A stretch of 52,608 nt of DNA from Rickettsiales bacterium. GTDB taxonomy: Bacteria; Pseudomonadota; Alphaproteobacteria; Rickettsiales; UBA1997. The translations under genes were made by a program, and so were the position numbers. Shown here one piece after another: positions 29,300-36,961 of this stretch. The stretch spans positions 1-52,608 of the forward strand of contig JBLHTM010000003.1 in assembly GCA_047627215.1 (NCBI GenBank), read 5' to 3'. The notes beneath the pieces are model-generated. The model had not been told where the DNA came from. It was given only the letters and a program-made list of their open reading frames with translations, and did not search any database. Every line of letters begins with the position of its first letter. The stretch's first letter is position 1.

Positions 29300-29327
29300 T
29301 GGTAAGCTGTAATTTAAAAATAGAAAA

Positions 29328-30374
29328 CTATTTCCAAACAAAATCAACTCTACGATTAGCCAATATTCCGGCTCTGGTAGATTCGTCAGTAACTGGCATG
29401 GTTTCACCATACCCTTTGGCGGTAAGTTTGTTTTCAACGCCTTGGTTTTTTAGGTAATTAACCACTGATTGAGCTCTTTTTTGTGAAAGAGTCATGTTGA
29501 AATCATCATCTCCGTCTGAACTGGCATGGCCTTGAATTTCAACGTCTCCTTTATTGGGATAAGCTTTTATTTCCGCAGCCAATTTGTTCAAAATTGTTTT
29601 TGAATTTTCAGTTAAATTTGCTGATGAAATATCAAAATTAATGCCTTTCAATGTCACAACTAAAGCGCAGCCAGATTTTCCTACTTTCACTCCAGGTTTG
29701 GTTTTTGGACATTTGTCGTTTTCATTTAAAATTCCATCACCGTCTAAATCTGGATTGATTGCAGCCGATCTTGGTTTTTTGTTGCAAACTTTTTTGTCGC
29801 AAGCAGATCCAAAAGGAATAACCAATCCAACATTAACAACCATATCGTTGTATTCATCGGCGTTGTTTCCAGTTAGGTTGTTGTTGAAATTGTTGTTGTA
29901 GCGATAACGAACGTCAGAACGAAGCGAAACAGAATCGTTGATTTTGTAAGCCAAGCCCAGACCAGCTTCAGTCACTAGTCCAACGCCATTTTTCCCATGA
30001 ACTCTACTGTCCATGATTCCGGCACCAACAACGGCGTAAGGAGATAGGTCGTTTCTGTTGAAATAATATTGTAAATCAACGGTTGATCCAAAATTATCCC
30101 ATTGATGTTCGGTTTTTCCTGATTGCTTATTTTCATGTTCGAAGCTGTTGTAAAAAGCTTTCAATTCAACATTGAAATGTTTACTAACTGCCTTTCCAAT
30201 AGCGACGCTAGCACCATATTCGTTGCGTGAAGTTTCTCTGTCTGAATCAGTCCAAACATATGAAAATGCTGGTGCAACGTAGAAACGTTTGTCGTAATTA
30301 TTGTCAGCTAAAGCTGCTTTAGAAGCCAATGCTCCAAGAATTGATATTGCCACAAGAAGTTGTTTATTTGTCAT
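29328..30374 (-). CDS. OmpA-family outer membrane protein (N-terminal beta-barrel, thrombospondin type-3-like Ca-binding linker, C-terminal OmpA peptidoglycan-binding domain)
   Basis: 348 aa with a signal peptide (LVAISILGALASKAALA), barrel-like alternating strands, DLDGDGILNENDKCP, and an OmpA_C domain (TENSKTILNKLAAEIKAYP...GHASSDGDDDFNMTLSQKRAQSV...RAGILANRRVDF). Confidence 0.85.
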   Translation of the reverse strand: MTNKQLLVAISILGALASKAALADNNYDKRFYVAPAFSYVWTDSDRETSRNEYGASVAIGKAVSKHFNVELKAFYNSFEHENKQSGKTEHQWDNFGSTVDLQYYFNRNDLSPYAVVGAGIMDSRVHGKNGVGLVTEAGLGLAYKINDSVSLRSDVRYRYNNNFNNNLTGNNADEYNDMVVNVGLVIPFGSACDKKVCNKKPRSAAINPDLDGDGILNENDKCPKTKPGVKVGKSGCALVVTLKGINFDISSANLTENSKTILNKLAAEIKAYPNKGDVEIQGHASSDGDDDFNMTLSQKRAQSVVNYLKNQGVENKLTAKGYGETMPVTDESTRAGILANRRVDFVWK

Positions 30375-30504
30375 GATTTTAAAATTTGATTAAAAAGAGA
30401 AGTAATATTAACAAAAAACGTTGTTCATTTTGAGGATTTTATTTACAAATTACAAGCTTTACTTATCCTAGTTTTTTGCAAATTTTTGACCGCTATTCTA
30501 ATCA

Positions 30505-33500
30505 ATGATCAATCAAAACCCCATCAACTCAATATTCAAACTTTCATTTAGTGATCTTTATCAGCTTGATGGTTTGAAAAATATTGATCAATATTTCAAT
30601 GATTTTTTGAAAGATCAAAATTCCGATCTTCATGAGAAATATTGTGCCGCAAGATTTGATCCTAAAATTTTAAATGCTAGCCAAGAAAGTGATTTGTTGA
30701 TTGAAGTTGGAAAAGTTTTGGAAGGTTTTTTGGTATTATTTTTTGACATTGAAAAAGAAAATTCTGCCCTTTCAAATGAGCACTCAAAGTTGGCTAATCT
30801 TTATGTTGCCAAAAGAATTTTTGTGCAAAGACGTGTTGCTAAGAAGATAAAATCTTTCGAAGGAGGGGCGCTAGAATTTGAAACTTCTGAAATTAACCTC
30901 GCCAATAAAATTGTTCTTTGTTTGCAAGATGAGGAAAAATTCCAAAAAGAATTGGAAGATTTGGAAAATTATTGCGCTTTTGCGCTTTATCACCCCGACG
31001 GCATTTCTTTTCACAAAGATGGGGTTTTATTCAAAATTCCCAAAAAGATCGATTTTGATAATTTGGTTGAATTGGAGGAAATTGATGGAGTTAAGAAATC
31101 CAGACTAGAAAATCTAAAAAATCGCGACGGATTCAAACTAACCGACCATGGCGCAAATCTTGCTGAAGCTCTTTCTGAGACCAGCTACTGCATCTACTGC
31201 CACAAACAAGGAAAAGATTCCTGTCGAACCGGATTGAAAGAACGCGTTGCGGCTACGAGTAGCCGCAATGTGAGTAATTTTAAAAAAGACCCCAATAATG
31301 TTGAACTTTCCGGCTGTCCTTTGGATGAGAAAATTTCGGAAATGAACCTTCTTAAAAATGAAGGAAAATCACTTGCCGCACTAGCTGTTGCGATTGTCGA
31401 CAACCCATTAATTGCGGGAACAGGACATCGAATTTGCAACGATTGCATGAAATCTTGTATCTACCAGAAACAAGAACCTGTTGATATTCCTCAAATTGAA
31501 ACTAGAACTTTAAAAGATGTCTTGAATCTCCCCTTTGGCTTTGAGATTTACTCACTTTTAACGCGCTGGAATCCGCTTAATTTGAAAAACCCACTTCCAA
31601 AAGATCCGAGTGGAAAAAAAATTCTGGTCGCAGGATTGGGTCCTGCAGGATACACGCTTTCCCATTATTTATTGAATGAGGGGCATTTGGTGGTTGGAGT
31701 TGACGGACTAAAAATTGAACCTCTCGATCCTGAAATTTCAGGAATTGACATGCTTGGGAATCGTAAGGAATTCCAACCGATTAAAGACATTCAATCAATC
31801 TACCGAGAATTAGATGAGAGAAATTTCAGTGGTTTTGGTGGAGTTGCAGAATATGGAATCACGGTTCGTTGGGACAAGAATTTCTTAAAAATCATTCGCC
31901 TATTATTGGAGCGAAGAGAATATTTTAGGATGTTTGGAGGTTTTCGTTTGGGAAGCGCTCTTGATTGCCATGACGCGCTAAAAGATCAGAATTTTGATCA
32001 TGTTGCGCTTTGCCTTGGGGCTGGTTGGGCTAAAATTCCTGAGATTGAGAATAATCTCTTAAAAGGAGTCAGAATGGCTTCAGACTTTTTGATGGCGCTG
32101 CAATTGACTGGTGCGGAGCGCAAAGATCTGCCTTCAAATTTGCAAGTTCGCCTGCCAATTTTGGTGGTTGGATCAGGACTAACGGCGATTGACACTGCTA
32201 CTGAAGCTTTGGCTTATTATCCAAAACAGGTTGAAAATTTCGCTCATCAATATCAGTTTTTGTGCGAAAAATTGGGCAAAGAAGAAGTGGAGAAGAGTTG
32301 GGGTGAGGAAGATCGATTGATTGCTGGGGAATTTTTAGAACATTTTGTAATTATTAGTGAAGCAAAAAAGAAGGGTGAAAATATCCCGGCTTTATTGCAA
32401 AAACTTGGTGGTGCAAAAATAATTTATCGTAAATCATTGCAAGAATCCCCATCCTATCGATTGAATCATGAGGAAGTTAGAAAGGCTTTTGAGGAAGGAA
32501 TTGAGTTTGTCGAAAATGTTACGCCAATCAAAGCGATTGATGATGGGTTTGGTCATATTGAGTCTTTGGTTTTGAGAAATTCAGATGGAAAAGAGACAAA
32601 CGCGCCCGGACGGGCGCTTTTTTTAGCAGCTGGAACCACGCCAAATAAGGCTCCATTTTATGAAGACAAGCTAAAATTTGAATTAGACGGTGGAACTTTT
32701 CAAATTATTGATCTTTTGGGAGGTAAACTTCCGGCCATAAATTCTCCAAAAGGAGAGGGGATTGGCTTTTTATGTGCTAAAAATGAAGAAGAAAAAGCGG
32801 TTAGTTTTTTTGGAGATCTGCATCCAAGTTTTAATGGTAGCGTTGTCAAAGCGATGGCAAGCGCGAAGAATGGTTATCCAATCATTAATGAAGCTTTGGA
32901 TCTTTTGGGAAATAAAACGGCGAATTACGATGAGTTTTTAAATCGCATCAACCAAGAATTCAGCGTCAAAATCAAAGAGGTTAATATTCTTTCTGACTAT
33001 TTCATTGAGCTTACGGTCCACGCTCCTCTTCTCGCTAAAAAAACAAAATTGGGTCATATTTTTAGGCTTCACAATTACCATTTCTTGGCAGCCAAGAAAA
33101 GATTTGTTGCCGCAAAAATACAGAAAGATCACGACATATCAACGACTCTAGCCATGGAAGGAATTGCGGTGACAACCTACAAAGTTGATCCAAATTCAGG
33201 GACAATAACCGTGATGATCGTCAATGCTGGAGGATCTTCGTCGCTGGTTAAAAACCTGAAAATTGATGAGCCAATAATTTTTATGGGACCAAGCGGAACC
33301 CCAAATCACATTGCTCTTAATAAAAAGGTGGTTCTGATTGCGGGAGGAAGGGGAATATTCCCTCTTGCGGCGCTAGCAAAAACTCATAAGGAAAATGGCT
33401 GTGATGTGACTTTGTTTTGCGGATTTAAACATTCCGATGATTTGGTTCGTAAAGAGGAATTGGAGGAATCTTGCTCTAATTTAGTTTTGTCCTTTGATGA

Positions 33501-33900
33501 TGGAAATCAAAAAGAAAATTTCTCTGGAAATATTATTGACGCCGTTAAAAATCATTTCAAAGATTCCGACCAAAAAATTGATGTAGTTCTAACCATGGGA
33601 AATGATGCCATGATGCACAAAGTTGCTGATCTTTACCACAATGATTTGAAGACAAATTTGAGCGAATCTTCAGTCGGAATCACCAGCCTTAGCAGCCCAA
33701 TGCAATGTATGTTGAAGGGCGTTTGTTCACAATGTTTGCAAAAGAAAATTGATCCAAAAACTGGCAAGGAAAGATTCTTTTATGCTTGCGTTGGGCAAGA
33801 TCAGAAGCTTGGAGAAATTGATTTTAATTTCCTGAAAAACCGCTGTGGACAAAATTCTTTACCGGAAAAAATAACCAAACTAATAATCCAAAATGTCTAA
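30505..33900 (+). CDS. Large multidomain Fe-S flavoprotein oxidoreductase. It has a ~230-aa unknown N-terminal region, then a GltD/NfnB-like [4Fe-4S] plus FAD/NAD(P)-binding module, fused to a PyrK/NfnA-like ferredoxin-reductase module with a C-terminal [2Fe-2S]-type Cys cluster.
   Basis: 1131 aa. Cys clusters are YCIYCHKQGKDSCRTG, SGCPLDEKI and HRICNDCMKSCIY. Dinucleotide folds are KILVAGLGPAGYTLSHYLLNEGHLVVGVD and ILVVGSGLTAIDTATE. The C-terminus has FRLHNYH, GPSGTP and VLIAGGRGIFPLAALAK, then MQCMLKGVCSQCLQK...FYACVGQD. Confidence 0.6.
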   Translation: MINQNPINSIFKLSFSDLYQLDGLKNIDQYFNDFLKDQNSDLHEKYCAARFDPKILNASQESDLLIEVGKVLEGFLVLFFDIEKENSALSNEHSKLANLYVAKRIFVQRRVAKKIKSFEGGALEFETSEINLANKIVLCLQDEEKFQKELEDLENYCAFALYHPDGISFHKDGVLFKIPKKIDFDNLVELEEIDGVKKSRLENLKNRDGFKLTDHGANLAEALSETSYCIYCHKQGKDSCRTGLKERVAATSSRNVSNFKKDPNNVELSGCPLDEKISEMNLLKNEGKSLAALAVAIVDNPLIAGTGHRICNDCMKSCIYQKQEPVDIPQIETRTLKDVLNLPFGFEIYSLLTRWNPLNLKNPLPKDPSGKKILVAGLGPAGYTLSHYLLNEGHLVVGVDGLKIEPLDPEISGIDMLGNRKEFQPIKDIQSIYRELDERNFSGFGGVAEYGITVRWDKNFLKIIRLLLERREYFRMFGGFRLGSALDCHDALKDQNFDHVALCLGAGWAKIPEIENNLLKGVRMASDFLMALQLTGAERKDLPSNLQVRLPILVVGSGLTAIDTATEALAYYPKQVENFAHQYQFLCEKLGKEEVEKSWGEEDRLIAGEFLEHFVIISEAKKKGENIPALLQKLGGAKIIYRKSLQESPSYRLNHEEVRKAFEEGIEFVENVTPIKAIDDGFGHIESLVLRNSDGKETNAPGRALFLAAGTTPNKAPFYEDKLKFELDGGTFQIIDLLGGKLPAINSPKGEGIGFLCAKNEEEKAVSFFGDLHPSFNGSVVKAMASAKNGYPIINEALDLLGNKTANYDEFLNRINQEFSVKIKEVNILSDYFIELTVHAPLLAKKTKLGHIFRLHNYHFLAAKKRFVAAKIQKDHDISTTLAMEGIAVTTYKVDPNSGTITVMIVNAGGSSSLVKNLKIDEPIIFMGPSGTPNHIALNKKVVLIAGGRGIFPLAALAKTHKENGCDVTLFCGFKHSDDLVRKEELEESCSNLVLSFDDGNQKENFSGNIIDAVKNHFKDSDQKIDVVLTMGNDAMMHKVADLYHNDLKTNLSESSVGITSLSSPMQCMLKGVCSQCLQKKIDPKTGKERFFYACVGQDQKLGEIDFNFLKNRCGQNSLPEKITKLIIQNV

Positions 33901-34297
33901 AATAATCACCATTATTTTATGTTTACTAATTATTTCTTCCTGCTCGGCAAAAACTGGCAACAAATCAACTATCCATCTTTATCAAGATGAAATTTCCAAG
34001 GGAACAAATTTGTCTGAAATTGTCAAAAATTACGGAGCATATTCTGGGCAGTGGGAAGGAGAATCTGGCAATAAAATTTACCAATATTCCTATGTGAAAA
34101 ATAGCTACGATTTGGTCTCGCTACTGCCAATCATTAACCATTTTGGCTGGGTAAAATCAAAAATCGTGGAGGTAGTTTTGGAATTTGACGAGAATGAAAA
34201 ATTGCTTCAGAAGAATAATTTTTACAGCACAGCTAAAGCAAAGAATAGCTTGGTTTGCAATCCTAAGATTTACAGCTGTATTAAGAAAATTTACTGA
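33893..34297 (+). CDS. Small lipoprotein, translationally coupled to the preceding oxidoreductase
   Basis: 134 aa with a signal peptide and lipobox (ITIILCLLIISSC|SAK). Its ATG overlaps the upstream stop (ATGTCTAA, an 8-nt overlap). The general shape is vaguely SmpA/OmlA-like, but I do not assign it to that family. Confidence 0.6.
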   Translation: MSKIITIILCLLIISSCSAKTGNKSTIHLYQDEISKGTNLSEIVKNYGAYSGQWEGESGNKIYQYSYVKNSYDLVSLLPIINHFGWVKSKIVEVVLEFDENEKLLQKNNFYSTAKAKNSLVCNPKIYSCIKKIY

Positions 34298-35910
34298 CTC
34301 ATTCCTTGTCCTGAATTTTCTGATGGGTTTCGAGTCATACTCCTTCCCACAAAACTACTAACATTTTGCGCGGCTCTAGAGGCAAAATTACCTTTCTTCA
34401 CCACAGATTCACCCCTCAAATAAAACGCCTGACTGACCATTATTGTTTGGTAAATTTTATCCTTGGTCGTATTAACATTAATAAGGCCCGAATCCTCAAG
34501 AGCGTCCAAATTTCGCCTAATGTATTGTTCAGGATTTTTTTTGTGCTCATCAGGAATTCCAGCAAGCAAAGATTGATCTTTTACCAAATTATCAACAAAA
34601 AGACCGGCACTTTGCAGAACACCGCCAGGGCTTATCATTATTAAAATCTGTTCCGATAATGGATATTCATTCTTCAACTGGCCTAGTGAGAGTTTTAAAA
34701 TTTTCTGTTCCATATTAAGTGGCTCAGGATTTCTTTGATCTTCCTTGCATGAATCTAGTTCAGATCGATAGCCCTCAATAGTAAGGCTTGGATTTTTCTT
34801 AAAATAGGCAATAGCTATTCGTGCTAATGTTGGATTTTGCTGTAAAATATTGTTAACTAAATAATTCTTTGTTGCAGATCCAATCTGTTTTATTGGATGA
34901 TTATCAAAATCAGCATTTGATAAATAAACGTCTAAATCGTCTTTTGTGAAAGATTTATCAAGTGAAATAGACTCATATTTCCGTTTCTTTAATTTAGATT
35001 CAATTCTTTCATCTCCAGTTGTAACTATTAAAGATACTTTGGCAGAAGGGAATTGCATTGAAGGATATTCTAAATCAGGAAATTGCGCAGGAGTGCCTTC
35101 TATTTCAGAAAATTCTAGAACCCTACTTGGCGGATTAATAATTCTTTCTATTTCTTGCAGAACTTCAGTATCGCGAAGACAGCGAACAATAATAACTGCT
35201 CCTGGGCGCTTTTGGATCTCTTTAGAAAGAAATGATTTTGCTTTTTGTAAATCAGATTCTTTGTCTCGATTGGGATTATTTTCATCGATCACGAGCTCAT
35301 CGTTTTCCAAGTTGATTCCGAATCTTACAGCCGCACTAACAATGTCTTCTTCCGTTTCTTCCATAGAATGTCCTCGCAAATTAATGATGCTACTGCGAAA
35401 GTTTGGATCGTCTTTATTATTCTCATCTGATGCATGGGCAGCGTGCATTGCCGCGGCAAGTTTTCCCATTCCTCCTTTTCCACAAATAACTAATCGTTTA
35501 ATATTTTCATGGTTTTCTGGCGATAAGAATTTTCTTTTTAGTTGATTTACGACGCCTTTGGGTATTTGTTGGTGAGGATCAAATGCACCGAATGTGACAT
35601 TATTTAGAATTGTTGGTTGGTGATGATTGTACCATGTCTTTTCCACTTTCTTTTGAGCTTCGCCGCTAGAAACCGCATAAGCCCCCCCAAAGAAAACCGT
35701 TCCTAACGTAAGTGAATAATATGCATCACCAAGACCATGGCCGCCGCCGTGATTTTGGTGGCCTCCAGATTCTTGGCGGGCGCTAGTTGCTGGTAGAGCC
35801 TTATTTATTGTTTTAGGATTTTTAAAGATTCTTCTTGTTGCTCGAAGAGGAATTGGAGATGTGAAGTTGGCATAAAATCTTGGCAAACTGTATCCTGTAG
35901 ATGGTCGCAT
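34291..35910 (-). CDS. NB-ARC/STAND-like P-loop protein with degenerate catalytic motifs; function unknown
   Basis: 539 aa. In order it has: a P-loop-like IKRLVICGKGGMGKLAAAMH (compare GMGGvGKTtLA, but here Leu follows the Lys); a Walker-B position GAVIIVRCLRD with no acidic pair; VSLIVTTGDERI (compare ilvTTR); and NPTLARIAIAYF (compare GLPLA). The N-terminus is Gly/His-rich (GGHQNHGGGHGLGD) and is followed by a hydrophobic stretch (YYSLTLGTVFFGGAYAV). Confidence 0.5.
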   Translation of the reverse strand: MRPSTGYSLPRFYANFTSPIPLRATRRIFKNPKTINKALPATSARQESGGHQNHGGGHGLGDAYYSLTLGTVFFGGAYAVSSGEAQKKVEKTWYNHHQPTILNNVTFGAFDPHQQIPKGVVNQLKRKFLSPENHENIKRLVICGKGGMGKLAAAMHAAHASDENNKDDPNFRSSIINLRGHSMEETEEDIVSAAVRFGINLENDELVIDENNPNRDKESDLQKAKSFLSKEIQKRPGAVIIVRCLRDTEVLQEIERIINPPSRVLEFSEIEGTPAQFPDLEYPSMQFPSAKVSLIVTTGDERIESKLKKRKYESISLDKSFTKDDLDVYLSNADFDNHPIKQIGSATKNYLVNNILQQNPTLARIAIAYFKKNPSLTIEGYRSELDSCKEDQRNPEPLNMEQKILKLSLGQLKNEYPLSEQILIMISPGGVLQSAGLFVDNLVKDQSLLAGIPDEHKKNPEQYIRRNLDALEDSGLINVNTTKDKIYQTIMVSQAFYLRGESVVKKGNFASRAAQNVSSFVGRSMTRNPSENSGQGMSQ

Positions 35911-35944
35911 GTTTTCCGGGTAAAATTATTAGATAATTGAATGG

Positions 35945-36736
35945 TTAATAATCAAATTCAACACTTATGGGAGCATGATCGGATGGTCTCTCTTCAATTC
36001 TAAATTCCTTAAAAATTTCTGCTTTTTGTAAATTTGCTGCCAAATTTGGCGTAATCCAAATGTGATCCAATCTTCTGCCGCGATTTGATTTGAAAGGCTC
36101 TTTCCCTCGATAACTCCACCAGCTAAACAGCTTTTCATCCGGCTGTGCCAAACTTCTGTGAGAATCAACAAAACCTAAACTATTTTTTAAAGTCAAAAAT
36201 TTCTCTCGCTCAATTGGTGTGTATGAGATCACTTTCAAAAGTTGTTTATGTGACCAAACATCCAATTCGTAAGGTGCAATATTCATGTCACCGAGAATAA
36301 TGATTTTCTGATCCTTAGAATATTTTGCAAAATATTCACTCATAAAGTCGACGAACTTTAGTTTAAAATCAAATTTTTCATTGATTGTAATATCAGGAAT
36401 ATCGCCGCCGGCAGGAACATAAAAATTGTGAATAATTGTGCCGCAAGGCAATGTCGCCGCAATATGACGCTTATGGCCAAAATTTAGAATGTCATATTTC
36501 TTCACGTCACTTAAAGGAAGTTTTGAGATAATGGCGACACCGTTGTAAGATTTTTCACCACTGAATTCCACAAATTCAAATCCTAAATTTTTAATGGCTT
36601 CAAGCGGGAAATCTGAATCTTGGGCTTTGGTTTCTTGCAAGCAGACAATATCTGGATTGTGCTGCTTAACGAATTTTTCGAGAAGCGGTAAACGAAGGCG
36701 GACGGAGTTGATATTCCAAGAGATGATTTTGGTCAT
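35945..36736 (-). CDS. xthA: Exodeoxyribonuclease III
   Basis: 263 aa with ISWNINSVRLRL, CLQETK, GDMNIAP, and a C-terminal SDHAPI motif. Confidence 0.9.
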   Translation of the reverse strand: MTKIISWNINSVRLRLPLLEKFVKQHNPDIVCLQETKAQDSDFPLEAIKNLGFEFVEFSGEKSYNGVAIISKLPLSDVKKYDILNFGHKRHIAATLPCGTIIHNFYVPAGGDIPDITINEKFDFKLKFVDFMSEYFAKYSKDQKIIILGDMNIAPYELDVWSHKQLLKVISYTPIEREKFLTLKNSLGFVDSHRSLAQPDEKLFSWWSYRGKEPFKSNRGRRLDHIWITPNLAANLQKAEIFKEFRIEERPSDHAPISVEFDY

Positions 36737-36961
36737 TATTTGCTTTTTAGAATTAAAAAAGTGTCAAAAAATCATATTTAAACGACAAATCTCATTTTAA
36801 ACAAGTCATTTTGAAACACTGCACATTAATAGTGCGATTATGTTAGTAAGTCATATTTTACGTGTCTAAGATCAAAATAATTAATTTACAAAAAAAGACC
36901 CTCAAATACTTCTCATAATCTAATAATTTGACAGGGTCTTTGGAAAATTTTTAAGGAAAAA

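Noticed and set aside
30470-30504. A TTGCAA-17-TAATCA promoter-like match directly abutting the ATG of the large oxidoreductase.
   Set aside because: The -10-like hexamer ends only 2 nt before the start codon and is a weak match. It would require a leaderless transcript starting inside the gene, so I did not report it as a feature.
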